A DNA stretch of 63,009 nt, the filler included. It is 7 parts of 7 records of this genome, joined end to end, with 100 filler letters (N's around TTAATTAATTAA, not from the genome) between each part and the next. Parts side by side here need not be neighbours in the genome. Positions count along the whole stretch, not along the records: positions 30,037 to 46,764 come from SRR31156797_23509; positions 46,865 to 57,512 come from SRR31156797_23523; 5 more parts are not named here. One strand, 5' to 3'. The position numbers were made by a program, and so were the translations under genes. The stretch's first letter is position 1. Each line of letters begins with the position of its first letter. Shown in pieces: positions 41,451 through 51,783 of this stretch. The notes beneath the pieces were generated by a model, which saw nothing but the letters and a program-made list of their open reading frames with translations, was not told where the DNA came from and ran no database searches.

Positions 41451-42563
41451 TTATAAAATATTTAGTTGATGTGCTAAATCCGCAGCAATTCTTTGGTAGT
41501 TTCTTACATCTAGTAATCTTTGTTGTCCACTTAGACCAACATTTGCAACTTCTTCTTTTGATAATTTTAAAATCTCTTCAAGTTTTGATTTTATAGAAGT
41601 TTTTTCAAATTGACAAAACCATGCATTTATATCATCTGTAAATATCTCATTGTTATTTGCATTATTTGTCATGATACAAGGTACAGCAGAAGAGTAGTAA
41701 TCCATAATCTTAATTGGAGTAGATGTATTGAAAAGCTCAATATTTGGTAATATAGATACACCAATATCTGATTGTGCAATCAGATTTAAAAGCTCTTGTT
41801 TTGTTTTTGCATTTTGTATATCTACATTGTTTTCTAGATTTGAATAAGAAGATATAACAGTTTTTGCATACTCTGGGTCTTTTGTTGAGATTGTAAGTTT
41901 CCAGTTTGATTTTTCAAGTTCATTAAATGCTTCTAAAACAGTCTCAAACTCTCTTAATTTATCTAATGTTCCTGCATAAAAAAATCTTTTTTCTTCCCCT
42001 TCATGGTGAAGGTTTTCATGCATAACTTGTGGGTCAATTGCAGGTGGACAAATGAATGTTTTTATTTTAACATCACTGTAGTATTCCTCTTGCATTTGTT
42101 TTGAAGTTGGTAGAAACAAATCGCATTGGTTTATTAAGTTTGTTTCTGAATATGAAGATAAAGTGTTATTTATGAACTTTAGAAAGCTGGTTTTATTATT
42201 TGCTTTATCATTTTCAATTTGTGCGATTCTTTTAGGAAAAGAGAGTCTGTATCCAACTTTATAGTCATAAACCCCGCTATGAGATAAAACATCTTTTAAA
42301 ATTGTACCATTGTTTCTAACTACTACAAATGAGTACTCAGAAATATTTATACCTGAATTTTCAAGCTCTTTCATAACCTTTGATTGTGAAGAGATTGGCA
42401 AAATAAATCTAGAATCATCTTTTTTTTCAAATTCTGCTTTAAATTGACTGAAGTAAAGTATGTTTACTTCAAAATGTTCTTGTAGGTATTTTTCAAATAA
42501 AGGTCCAATAAAACTATGGTCTGTATATTCATCTTGATCAGTAATATATAAAAACTTTTTCAT
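41451..42563 (-). CDS. GT-B (GT4-like) glycosyltransferase
   Basis: FYAGTLDKLR, SDIGVS, STPIKIMDY; ATG at 42563 with AGGAG RBS. Confidence 0.82.
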   Translation of the reverse strand: MKKFLYITDQDEYTDHSFIGPLFEKYLQEHFEVNILYFSQFKAEFEKKDDSRFILPISSQSKVMKELENSGINISEYSFVVVRNNGTILKDVLSHSGVYDYKVGYRLSFPKRIAQIENDKANNKTSFLKFINNTLSSYSETNLINQCDLFLPTSKQMQEEYYSDVKIKTFICPPAIDPQVMHENLHHEGEEKRFFYAGTLDKLREFETVLEAFNELEKSNWKLTISTKDPEYAKTVISSYSNLENNVDIQNAKTKQELLNLIAQSDIGVSILPNIELFNTSTPIKIMDYYSSAVPCIMTNNANNNEIFTDDINAWFCQFEKTSIKSKLEEILKLSKEEVANVGLSGQQRLLDVRNYQRIAADLAHQLNIL

Positions 42564-42733
42564 GTATATATCTCCTTGTTGAAATAAGCCAATTATATAC
42601 CATTTGCGTTGCAATAAAAAAGCATTTGAGTTTTTTTTTAAATATTTGGTTACAAAAAGACTAAGTATTTAAAAAGATTATTTAAGTTAGATTGGATTAA
42701 TATAGATTAACTAGATTAATAAAGGAGTATATT

Positions 42734-43900
42734 ATGGCTCGTTTTACATTGCCAAGAGATATTTATCATGGTGCCGGTTCTTTAGAAGAATTAAAAAATC
42801 TAAAAGGTAAAAAAGCAATTTTAATTGTTGGTGGAAATTCAATGAAAAAGTTTGGTTTTCTAGATAAAGCAATTGGATATTTAGAAGAAGCAGATATTGA
42901 GGTTCAAACTATTGAAGGAATAGAACCAGATCCAGGTGTAGATACTGTTATGAATGGGGCAAAAAAGATGCTTGAATTCCAACCAGATATAATTGTATCA
43001 ATGGGTGGAGGTTCTGCAATTGATGCAGCAAAAGCAATGTGGATTTTTTATGAATATCCAGACTTCACTTTTAAAGAAGCAATTATCCCTTTTAATCTTC
43101 CAACACTAAGACAAAAAGCAATATTTGTAGCTATTCCATCTACTAGTGGAACAGCAACTGAAGTTACTGCTTTTTCTGTGATTACAGATTATAAAGAGAA
43201 GATAAAATATCCATTGGCAGATTTTAATATAACTCCAGATATTGCAATAGTTGATCCAAATATAGCCAAAACTATGCCTCAAAAACTTGTAGCTCATACA
43301 GGGATGGATGCTTTAACACATGCAACAGAAGCTTATGTTGCAGCGCTACATAGTAATTTTTCAGACCCTTTAGCCTTAAAGTCTTTGGAGATGATAAAAG
43401 ATATATTGATAGATTCTTATAATGGAGATGAAAAAGCAAAAGAGCAAATGCATGAAGCACAATGTTTAGCGGGAATGGCTTTTACAAATGCTTTGCTTGG
43501 AATTACCCATTCAATGGCACATAAAGTTGGTGCAGTATTTGGAATTCCACATGGATGTGCAAATGCAATATTTTTACCTTATGTTATATCTTACAACAGA
43601 AAAGCTTGTGAAGAAAGATATGCAGATATTGCAAGATTTTTAAAACTTGAAGGTGAAACTTCAGAAGAGTTAGTTGATTCTTTTATTTGTCTTATTGATG
43701 ATTTAAACAATAAAATGGATATTCCTCACTCTATGAAAGAGTATGGAATAAAAAAAGATGAGTTTGAAGAGCATTTAGATTTTATTGCACACAATGCAGT
43801 TATTGATGCTTGTACAGGAGCAAACCCAAGAGAAATAGATGATGAAAAAATGAAACAGATGTTTATTTGTAGTTATGAAGGTATAAAAGTAGACTTCTAG
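42734..43900 (+). CDS. Iron-containing alcohol dehydrogenase (clostridial butanol dehydrogenase-like)
   Basis: GGGSAIDAAK, PSTSGTATE, DALTHATEAY, GITHSMAH, HGCANA. Confidence 0.95.
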   Translation: MARFTLPRDIYHGAGSLEELKNLKGKKAILIVGGNSMKKFGFLDKAIGYLEEADIEVQTIEGIEPDPGVDTVMNGAKKMLEFQPDIIVSMGGGSAIDAAKAMWIFYEYPDFTFKEAIIPFNLPTLRQKAIFVAIPSTSGTATEVTAFSVITDYKEKIKYPLADFNITPDIAIVDPNIAKTMPQKLVAHTGMDALTHATEAYVAALHSNFSDPLALKSLEMIKDILIDSYNGDEKAKEQMHEAQCLAGMAFTNALLGITHSMAHKVGAVFGIPHGCANAIFLPYVISYNRKACEERYADIARFLKLEGETSEELVDSFICLIDDLNNKMDIPHSMKEYGIKKDEFEEHLDFIAHNAVIDACTGANPREIDDEKMKQMFICSYEGIKVDF

Positions 43901-43904
43901 AAAT

Positions 43905-43940
43905 AAAAAACTAAAATAGAAATTTTTCTATTTTAGTTTT
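43905..43940. terminator. Bidirectional AT-rich terminator
   Basis: AAAACTAAAATAGAAA/TTTCTATTTTAGTTTT between convergent genes. Confidence 0.7.
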
Positions 43941-44814
43941 ACTCTTTTTTTAATTTAACTTCTGCTAAAAGTACTGCAAATATAATCAATGTTGCACCCA
44001 AAATTTGAACAGTAGTTAATAGTTCATTCCCTACAAAATAGCCATAAATTCCAGCGCTTACTGGTTCCATAGAAAATATAATTGCTGTTTTTGTAGGTGT
44101 AGTAAATTGTTGCATATATGTTTGAATCAAAAAAGCATAAACAGTTGCAAATATTGATGTAATAATTAGTGCTTTTAGAAACACAAAATCAAAATTTAAA
44201 TCAAAAGTTTTATCATCAATCATAAGTGAAAAGATTAAAGACAGTATAGTTACAGTTAAAAACTGAAAAAATACCAGTACAAAAACATTTACTTTTTTTG
44301 AGTATCTATCCGTAAAAGTGATTTGCAATGCAAAAAATAAGGCACAAATAAGACCTAAAATCTCGCCAGTTTCTATTACAAGTTCGCCACTCATCGTAAG
44401 CATATATAGACCAATAGCTGCAAAAAAAGAACCTAGTATTACCATTTTTCTAACATACTCTTTAAAAACAAAGTATGCTAGGAAAGGAACAATAATAACA
44501 CTTAGTCCAGTCAAAAATGCAATAATAGAACTTTTAGTATATGACAATCCAAAAGTTTGTGTAGCAAAACCTGAAAATAAAAAAACTCCTAATATAACTC
44601 CATATTTGATTGTTAAAAGGTTGATTTTATCTTTATACTTATATGCAATAACTCCCATTATAAATGTAGCTATCATAAATCTAAAAAATAAAAATGCATA
44701 AACTGGTACAGTTTCAATTGCTTTTTGCACCATTAAAAATGTTACACCCCAGGCAATAGCAACTGTAAGTAAAAGAAAGTCTGCACGGTATTCTATTAGT
44801 TTTTTCTTATTCAA
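43939..44814 (-). CDS. EamA/DMT family transporter
   Basis: AWGVTF, FSMEPVSA, about ten TM segments. Confidence 0.92.
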   Translation of the reverse strand: MNKKKLIEYRADFLLLTVAIAWGVTFLMVQKAIETVPVYAFLFFRFMIATFIMGVIAYKYKDKINLLTIKYGVILGVFLFSGFATQTFGLSYTKSSIIAFLTGLSVIIVPFLAYFVFKEYVRKMVILGSFFAAIGLYMLTMSGELVIETGEILGLICALFFALQITFTDRYSKKVNVFVLVFFQFLTVTILSLIFSLMIDDKTFDLNFDFVFLKALIITSIFATVYAFLIQTYMQQFTTPTKTAIIFSMEPVSAGIYGYFVGNELLTTVQILGATLIIFAVLLAEVKLKKE

Positions 44815-44991
44815 TAATACTCCCCTTAAAATAAAGCTTCGAATTATACATTTTAAGTAATTAAAATAAACATCTTAAAAATAGTGTGTAAAGTACAAAA
44901 TTTCAAAAAATTGTATAATTGTTACACAATTATATTTGAGTTTAAATCTAATTGTTATATTATAATCGTTTAGTCTAAAAAAAGAGAGAGA

Positions 44992-45732
44992 ATGGATAGC
45001 AATATTATAAGTATGAATAATATTGATAAATTTTTTGACGATTTTCATGTCTTAAAAGGTATCAATTTTTATGTAAAACAAGGTGAAATTGTAGTTGTAT
45101 GTGGACCTTCAGGTTCAGGTAAGTCTACACTGATTAGATGTATTAATGGTTTAGAAGATATTGATAGTGGAAAAATACTTGTAGATAACATTGATATTAA
45201 TGAGAGTAAAAAGAATCTTCAAGAAATCAGAGGTGAAGTGGGAATGGTATTCCAACACTTTAATCTATTTCCTCACTTAACAATATTAGAAAATATTACA
45301 TTAGCTCCAGGTTTAGTTAAAAATATAAAAAAAGATGAAGCTCGAAAAATAGCTATGGGATTATTAGCAAAAGTTAAACTTGAGCATAAAGCTGATTCTT
45401 ATCCTAGTGACTTAAGTGGTGGTCAAAAACAAAGAGTTGCAATTGCAAGAAGTCTTGCTATGAAACCTAAAGTTATTCTTTTTGATGAACCTACTTCAGC
45501 ACTGGACCCTGAAACAATTGGTGATGTTCTTTCTGTTATGAAAGATTTAGCAAAAGAAAAATTTACATTAGTTTGTGTAACTCATGAAATGGGATTTGCC
45601 AAAGAAGTTGGGGATAGAATTGTTTTTATGGATGAGGGTGTGATTGTTGAAGAGAGTACTCCAAAAGAGTTTTTTGCTAGTCCTAAAAGTGATAGAGCTA
45701 AAAAATTTCTAAATGAAATTTTAACACATTAA
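44992..45732 (+). CDS. Polar amino acid ABC transporter ATP-binding protein (GlnQ-like)
   Basis: [36 protein letters not shown]. Confidence 0.96.
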   Translation: MDSNIISMNNIDKFFDDFHVLKGINFYVKQGEIVVVCGPSGSGKSTLIRCINGLEDIDSGKILVDNIDINESKKNLQEIRGEVGMVFQHFNLFPHLTILENITLAPGLVKNIKKDEARKIAMGLLAKVKLEHKADSYPSDLSGGQKQRVAIARSLAMKPKVILFDEPTSALDPETIGDVLSVMKDLAKEKFTLVCVTHEMGFAKEVGDRIVFMDEGVIVEESTPKEFFASPKSDRAKKFLNEILTH

Positions 45733-45756
45733 TTTTACAACAAGGACAATTTTTAG

Positions 45757-46578
45757 ATGTTTAGAAAGATTTTACTAGGATTATTTGTTTTTCTATCAGT
45801 AAATAGTTTATTTGCAGATGATATTAATTTATGGAAAAACTCAACACTAAATAAAATTTTAGAGAGTGGAGTATTAAAAGTTGGTTTAGAACCTGGATAT
45901 ATGCCTTTTGAGATGAAAGATAGAAAAGGTAGAATAATAGGTTATGATGTGGATATTGCAAAAGCAATGGCAAAAGCAATGGATGTAAAACTTGAGATTG
46001 TTCCAACATCATTTGATGGAATTATTGCTGGTTTATTAACTGGTAAGTTTGATATTATAATTGCTGGTATGACAATAACACAACAAAGAAATCTAAAGAT
46101 CAATTTTTCTGACCCATATTTAGTTGTGGGACAAACTGTTTTATTAAATAAAGATTTTGAAAAAGAGATTAAAAAAGCAAAAGATTTAGATAATGAAAAA
46201 TATATTATAACTGCAAAGCTTGGACAAACAGGAGAGATTGTTGCAAGAAAGTTTTTCAAAAATGCAAAAATCAATACTTTTGATACAGAAGCAGAAGCAG
46301 TAGCTGAGGTTCTAAATGGTAGAGCAACAGCATTTATAAATGACCAACCTTATAATGCAGTTTTTGCAGATGATAAAGGAAAGGGGAAATTAGTACATTT
46401 AGATAAACCTTTAACTTATGAACCTCTTGCATTTGCAATCAAAAAAGGTGACCCTGATTTTCTTAACTGGTTAAACAACTTCTTAAGACAAATCAAAGAA
46501 GATAAAGTTGTTAATCTACATGAAAGACTTTATGAAAAATGGTTTGTTGACACTAAGTGGTTAAACAAACTACAGTAA
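45757..46578 (+). CDS. Polar amino acid ABC substrate-binding protein (family 3)
   Basis: Signal peptide; YMPFE, GYDVDI, GMTITQQR, FSDPY. Confidence 0.93.
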   Translation: MFRKILLGLFVFLSVNSLFADDINLWKNSTLNKILESGVLKVGLEPGYMPFEMKDRKGRIIGYDVDIAKAMAKAMDVKLEIVPTSFDGIIAGLLTGKFDIIIAGMTITQQRNLKINFSDPYLVVGQTVLLNKDFEKEIKKAKDLDNEKYIITAKLGQTGEIVARKFFKNAKINTFDTEAEAVAEVLNGRATAFINDQPYNAVFADDKGKGKLVHLDKPLTYEPLAFAIKKGDPDFLNWLNNFLRQIKEDKVVNLHERLYEKWFVDTKWLNKLQ

Positions 46579-46602
46579 CTCAATCTTAAAATAGGAGTAA
46601 AG

Positions 46603-46764
46603 ATGAAAAAAATATTTTTGGCACTTTGTGTCTTTTTGACTGCATCTGTTTTTGCAGATGATATTAACTTGTGGAAGAAATCTACACTTAACCAGATTCT
46701 TCAAAGAGGGGAACTTCAAGTTTGTTTAGAACCTGGATATATGCCTTTTGAAATGAAAGACAAA
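46603..46764 (+). CDS. Second substrate-binding protein paralog, 3'-truncated
   Basis: ADDINLWK.STLN.IL..G.L.V.LEPGYMPFEMKD closely matches the upstream gene. Confidence 0.88.
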
Positions 46765-46864
46765 NNNNNNNNNNNNNNNNNNNNNNNNNNNNNNNNNNNN
46801 NNNNNNNNTTAATTAATTAANNNNNNNNNNNNNNNNNNNNNNNNNNNNNNNNNNNNNNNNNNNN
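46765..46864. other. Artificial contig spacer
   Basis: N-run with TTAATTAATTAA. Confidence 0.99.
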
Positions 46865-46894
46865 CCCATCTTCTATAGAAGATGGGGGAATTTT

Positions 46895-47758
46895 TTAATG
46901 TGTGTTCGGACGGGCGTGGAAAATGAATTTTCCGTCCTGTTCTTCGGCAACAGCTTTCAGCCGTGGCGGGATATTGCGATATTTTACAGTCGGATGACCT
47001 AGAAATAAGGCTCCATGGGCCATGTACCCTTCGGGGACACCTAAGTAGTCCAGCACTTTTGTGCTGTAGGCCGCAGCTAGCACTATATATCCGGCCCAGC
47101 AGGTTCCATATCCTTTGGCATGGGCTGCTAGTTCTAGGGTGTTGGTGGCGATTACCGTGTCCGCCTGCGGGGTTATGCCCAGCTTAGGTGCCCATGCAAT
47201 CGTAACTGCCGGAGCATCGCGGCAGATGACATCCTTGCCTTTTTTCCAGGCATTGACCAATCCGGCAAGGAACAGCTTTTCCGCCAGCGGGTTTTTCTTC
47301 TGCACCATTTCTTCCATCCATTCAACAACGATCGCGCCCAGTTCGTGGACTTTTTCCGCTGTGTTGAGGACCGTCCATGATACAGGCTGGGCATTGTGCC
47401 CGGAAGGGGCGTAGGCAGCAGTGTGGATAAGCTCACCGATTTCCTGCGCGCTGATATTTTTCTTTTTGAATTTTCGCACGGAGCGTCGGGTTTTGATAAG
47501 TGTTTCAACGGTAGCAGGTTCGGGCATATCGTCTTGGTTGTAGGGAGCTGCCGCTTGTTTTTCAAACGCACTCAGGGTGATGGCCCCGGTGGGGCAGACG
47601 GCCATACAGTGACCGCAATTAATACAGTAGTTAGTTTTTTTGGGGTGGACTACGGGGACTTGCCCTTTTTCTTCTACGGTCAGGACCATGAGCGGGCATT
47701 CATGTACACAAAGTTCGTCCCTTTTGCAGAGCTCAGCATCGATTGTAACTGGTAACAT
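46895..47758 (-). CDS. Nitroreductase with N-terminal ferredoxin-like domain
   Basis: CKRDELCVHECP, CINCGHCMAVCP, RRSVRKFK, APSGHNAQP, GTCWAG. Confidence 0.93.
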   Translation of the reverse strand: MLPVTIDAELCKRDELCVHECPLMVLTVEEKGQVPVVHPKKTNYCINCGHCMAVCPTGAITLSAFEKQAAAPYNQDDMPEPATVETLIKTRRSVRKFKKKNISAQEIGELIHTAAYAPSGHNAQPVSWTVLNTAEKVHELGAIVVEWMEEMVQKKNPLAEKLFLAGLVNAWKKGKDVICRDAPAVTIAWAPKLGITPQADTVIATNTLELAAHAKGYGTCWAGYIVLAAAYSTKVLDYLGVPEGYMAHGALFLGHPTVKYRNIPPRLKAVAEEQDGKFIFHARPNTH

Positions 47759-47832
47759 TTTAGTGTCCTGTGTTTGTGTGGTGAATTTGGTGTTCGGAAA
47801 TAGATAAGCATTGTTCGTGTTTTGACCAGCGT

Positions 47833-47863
47833 AAAAAAGCCCCGGCCTTTGAGGGTCGGGGCT
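47833..47863 (-). terminator. Intrinsic terminator after the CTERM gene
   Basis: AGCCCCGGCC/GGTCGGGGCT stem with a minus-strand U-run. Confidence 0.8.
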
Positions 47864-47869
47864 AAGGTG

Positions 47870-48406
47870 TCAGGCTGTGGTGCGTTTCAGCACTGTGAGA
47901 ATTGTTAATCCTACCACAGCGAGCATCCAAGTGGCTGGGATGGGGACAGGGGCTGGAACAGACTCAAGCAATCCGAGTTTTACGTTGGCATGCAGGTTTT
48001 TGTGGCCTTCATATCCGAAGTGTCCGAAGCGAATTTTCTTGGGTTCGAATTCTACATAGAAAGCGTTTTCAATAGTCTGTGTTCCGGTAAGTGAAGTGTA
48101 ATCAAAGACGGAATCGGCTGTCAGCGGGGTGTATTCATTGTAGTCAGTCATGCCCTTGCCGGCGTAGAAGCGGATAGTTATTCCATGGTCGATATGCGAA
48201 TCAAGATCACCGATGGTGAAGGTATCGGTTGCTTGCAGATCCTTAAAACCTATGGAACCAAGGTAGTGGTTATTGCCGAGTTTCCACGTTTTGCCTTTGT
48301 TCTCCAGCACGAATCTGAAACTTGCTCCCTGGGCTATGGTTGCAAAAATAAGCATTGCAGCCGCCAGGGCAATAACAAATAAAGTTTTAATAGTGTTGAA
48401 CTTCAT
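47870..48406 (-). CDS. VPLPA/PEP-CTERM sorting-signal protein
   Basis: Signal peptide; C-terminal PVPIPATW + TM + KR; GGAGG RBS. Confidence 0.8.
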   Translation of the reverse strand: MKFNTIKTLFVIALAAAMLIFATIAQGASFRFVLENKGKTWKLGNNHYLGSIGFKDLQATDTFTIGDLDSHIDHGITIRFYAGKGMTDYNEYTPLTADSVFDYTSLTGTQTIENAFYVEFEPKKIRFGHFGYEGHKNLHANVKLGLLESVPAPVPIPATWMLAVVGLTILTVLKRTTA

Positions 48407-48575
48407 TTGGCCCTCCTGCGACTGAGTAGTTAAACTAAAGCTTATTAGTACTAGTTCTTAATAATAAAATAAGAAGAGGGGGCGGGAAGTCAATGTGTGC
48501 TCACTTTCTGTTGGATAAATAAAAGAACTCCTCCCTGTTTTTTAGGGATGAGTCAAAAGATATCTTTTTCGGTCC

Positions 48576-49763
48576 TTAGGTCAGTGAGAGCAAGGCCTGC
48601 GAAAGAAGTTCCGGGTCAAGGTAGGGAGTACTCTCCTCGCTGACAAGCTCGCAGTCGATTACCCGGATACCACGTTTATTAATTTCTTTTTTATCAACTC
48701 CGCCGGGATAGATTCCGTTGACCGAGTCCACAAGAACAAAATTAAGCACATCGCTGATATTGATGTTGTCCGGATCGTCCTTGCGCAGGTAGCAGAGAAG
48801 TTTGTTGATCTGGTCGGTCAGGGAGTGCCCTTTTAGTTCCGGGTCGCTTCCGGTGTTGGGGGTAAAAACTTTGGGACATTTGCTTTCACTGACAGCTTTG
48901 CCGATGCCTTCAGGCAGCAGGTTGGCCACCACGCTGGAATAGAAGCTCCCCAAGGGATAGCATATCAACTCAGCGCTGTTGATCAGCTTTGTCATTTTGG
49001 GGCGGATCTGGACTGTACAGGGGGTTGAGTCTTCCAGATGTTCAGCCAGCCAGAGTCTCTTGATGCCAGAACCGATAGGGGAAGCTTCCTTGCCGGTGAG
49101 CAGATGCTGCCCGACTACGAAGGTTCCGTCATCCAGTTCCGCAGCAAGATGTACGTCCTTGTTCACAGTGGGGCGCACAACTCCGCGAACTTCAACCAGC
49201 TTAGAAAAAATGTAGATCACCGGATCGATATGGCGGCGGTTGCTGATGTATCCGGCGGTGAGGATGATGTTGCCGATACTGGCTCCGCGCAGGTTGAAAT
49301 CATCCATGATGTCTGCGAATTTGATAAAGTGGTTGCGGATGATTTTGCGCATTGGTGCTGGAATATTTCGGACCAGTGGATGCTTGCACTCCATCATTTC
49401 TTCAAATTCAGCGTGCAGTTCTCCTTCTTCAGCATCTTTGGGTAGCCGATAGGAAAAAAGTTTATATATTTCAGGATTGCCGAGCACTGACTGGTCCGCA
49501 AGGGCCATGAGCCTGTTACGGATGTCTCCCACTGCCAGCATATTGAATTGGTTGCGGATGACCGCAGAGCTACCCCCTGAATCAAAGGGGGTGATCACGT
49601 GGATAGTGTTGTGAGTGTACTGGGTCAGCACGGATGAAGTCTTTTTGAGCGCAGTACCGCCGCTGAAAAAGAGTATGCGGGGCCCGAGATCCGGGGTTCT
49701 TCTATAGCGTTCCAGTTTAATCGGGTCCGGCACCCTGACTTCCCGTTCGATTTTAATGCGCAT
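48576..49763 (-). CDS. GAK system CofD/YvcK-like protein
   Basis: FFSGGTAL, ITPFDSGGSS, GDIRNRL, YPLGSFYSS; operon context. Confidence 0.9.
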   Translation of the reverse strand: MRIKIEREVRVPDPIKLERYRRTPDLGPRILFFSGGTALKKTSSVLTQYTHNTIHVITPFDSGGSSAVIRNQFNMLAVGDIRNRLMALADQSVLGNPEIYKLFSYRLPKDAEEGELHAEFEEMMECKHPLVRNIPAPMRKIIRNHFIKFADIMDDFNLRGASIGNIILTAGYISNRRHIDPVIYIFSKLVEVRGVVRPTVNKDVHLAAELDDGTFVVGQHLLTGKEASPIGSGIKRLWLAEHLEDSTPCTVQIRPKMTKLINSAELICYPLGSFYSSVVANLLPEGIGKAVSESKCPKVFTPNTGSDPELKGHSLTDQINKLLCYLRKDDPDNINISDVLNFVLVDSVNGIYPGGVDKKEINKRGIRVIDCELVSEESTPYLDPELLSQALLSLT

Positions 49764-49796
49764 TAATTTCCTTGGATTGTTAATAATTAAGGCCGA

Positions 49797-50885
49797 TTAA
49801 ATGTTGCCTTCCTTCATGAATTTCAGGCAGGCTTCGGCAGCTTTATTAAAATCCACACCGCCGCTGATTTCAATGAGAGTTGTCTTTGACAGAAAATCAG
49901 CATAGGCGTCAATACCCGGATCGACCTCTTTTGGCGGGGAGTCCGGGAGGTAGAAGAGTCCGGTCCCTTTCATAAAGGCGGGAAGCAGGTCTTTGCGCTT
50001 TTTGGGATCAACAATATTTATTTCCGTTTCAGAGTTGTCGCGCTGCCAGTTCAGGATGACCAGCCCGCTCATGGGGGCTTTGAGTATGAACTTGTTCTTG
50101 CCATAACACTCATCAATAAGGGCGTCGTATTTGTGCTCAAGTTCCCATAGTTTCTCCTTGGGCATGGATAGGAATTTCTCCTTGTCTTCAGGCGTAACAA
50201 TACAGGAAAGGTCAGGGTTGTTCAGGGCGGTTCCGGGGTTGATGCGTGGCTGCTTGGCTACTCCGTACATGGTCAGGGAATCGCCGTTGTCTTCGGCCAT
50301 GATTCGGTCGTTGCTGACAAAAGTTGTTCCACGGCTCATCAGGTGCAGGGCAAGGGTTGATTTGCCCATGCCGGAGAAACCAGCCATGGCAATGCCGCGT
50401 TCGTTTGTGATAACTCCTGCTGCATGCCCTAGAAAGCAGCCATGGTTGAGCTTGTATTCGATAAAACGGCTGTTGATGAAATTAATGATCTGATTTGAAT
50501 TTTCGATACAGGGACCAATGGCAATGTTCTCATCCTCGCCCAAGACAAAAACCATTCCGGTAAGCCTTTTGTAGACCACGCGGCCATCGGAAAGGTTGTG
50601 GAATTCTTCCTTGATTTTGGTTTTACCAGGATCAGGCTGCTTCACAGTGTATTCGAGGCCGAGGTCCACTTTAGGGCATTCATGGGCGGTGATCAGGATG
50701 TCGCCTTTGTCTGCGTCGATTAGAAATTCTTTAAAGTAGTTGGTCAGATCGTCCAGCAACTTGGTATTGTTGACCCGTGTTTCAATTATGCAGCCGCCGA
50801 AATCAATGAACAAGGATTCGGTGGCCGGGAATTTTTTGCGGTATTTTTCAACAATTGTGGCTCTGGTCATTGTTGTCCGGTTCAT
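49797..50885 (-). CDS. HprK-related kinase B (GAK system)
   Basis: HAAGV, Walker A GFSGMGKST, FVSNDR. Confidence 0.9.
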   Translation of the reverse strand: MNRTTMTRATIVEKYRKKFPATESLFIDFGGCIIETRVNNTKLLDDLTNYFKEFLIDADKGDILITAHECPKVDLGLEYTVKQPDPGKTKIKEEFHNLSDGRVVYKRLTGMVFVLGEDENIAIGPCIENSNQIINFINSRFIEYKLNHGCFLGHAAGVITNERGIAMAGFSGMGKSTLALHLMSRGTTFVSNDRIMAEDNGDSLTMYGVAKQPRINPGTALNNPDLSCIVTPEDKEKFLSMPKEKLWELEHKYDALIDECYGKNKFILKAPMSGLVILNWQRDNSETEINIVDPKKRKDLLPAFMKGTGLFYLPDSPPKEVDPGIDAYADFLSKTTLIEISGGVDFNKAAEACLKFMKEGNI

Positions 50886-51760
50886 TATCTTTTCACCTTT
50901 CTGATCACATAGTCTACGTAGTGGGCTGCAGCGTCGATGCCTCTTGCATCGCGCAGGCCGCGGAACCCACCGAAAGCAGATACTTCAAAAATATAAGGAC
51001 CGTCAGGGGTGATGGCTACATCTACACAGGTGAAATCAAGGTTGAAGATAGCCTGTGCTTTTTGGGCAAGGTCGATTATTTCCTGCGGCGGATCAATGGG
51101 AGCGTATTTGCCGCCGTTAACAGTTGTGGTGTTCCATGAATCGGTGGTTTTACAGCGGGCATAGGTTGTTAGATATTTGCCGCCGAGGAAGACAATACCT
51201 AAGTCGCTGTCATTGAGGTCGATGGTTTTCTGGATGTACATGGTATTGTACTCCTTGTGGTAGTCCTCAATGGTCTTGCGGGCATCAGGGCCGGGCTTGA
51301 GCACGAACATGCCTCGGGCTTTGGTACTGTACAAGGGTTTGAATACTGCCTCGCCGTATTCGTCCACTGCTGCAAGGGCGTGATCCACGTCTTCGGTGAT
51401 AGTGGTCGGGGGCATGGGGATATCACCCAGTTGCAGGGAAATGGTGCAGGTAAGACGGTCCAGAACGCGCAGGATGGAGTAGGGGGAGGAGAAAATCTTC
51501 ATTCCGCGTCCTTCAAGCATGCGCAGCATTTCAAGACGGTCCAGCAGGTCCGGGGAGTACTGTTTACCTATCTTTTTGATGATCAGTGAGTCGTAAGAAG
51601 AAAGGTCTTCACCTTCCACCATGGCCCGCCCGGAGGGCAGGTCGAGACGCACGTCCTGCATTTCGAATATTTTAGTTTCCCGGCCTGTTTTTTCGGCCAC
51701 TGCCTTGGCAAGCTGTTCGGAGGACCATGCGCCTTTAAGTCCGATTACACCTATTTTCAT
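50885..51760 (-). CDS. GAK system ATP-grasp enzyme (RimK-like)
   Basis: VFKPLYSTKARGM, YIQK, WNTT..GG, FTCVDVA, FEVSAFGGF; 1-nt overlap with the kinase gene. Confidence 0.9.
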   Translation of the reverse strand: MKIGVIGLKGAWSSEQLAKAVAEKTGRETKIFEMQDVRLDLPSGRAMVEGEDLSSYDSLIIKKIGKQYSPDLLDRLEMLRMLEGRGMKIFSSPYSILRVLDRLTCTISLQLGDIPMPPTTITEDVDHALAAVDEYGEAVFKPLYSTKARGMFVLKPGPDARKTIEDYHKEYNTMYIQKTIDLNDSDLGIVFLGGKYLTTYARCKTTDSWNTTTVNGGKYAPIDPPQEIIDLAQKAQAIFNLDFTCVDVAITPDGPYIFEVSAFGGFRGLRDARGIDAAAHYVDYVIRKVKR

Positions 51761-51783
51761 AGTCAGCACCTTTTCTTAAGCTT

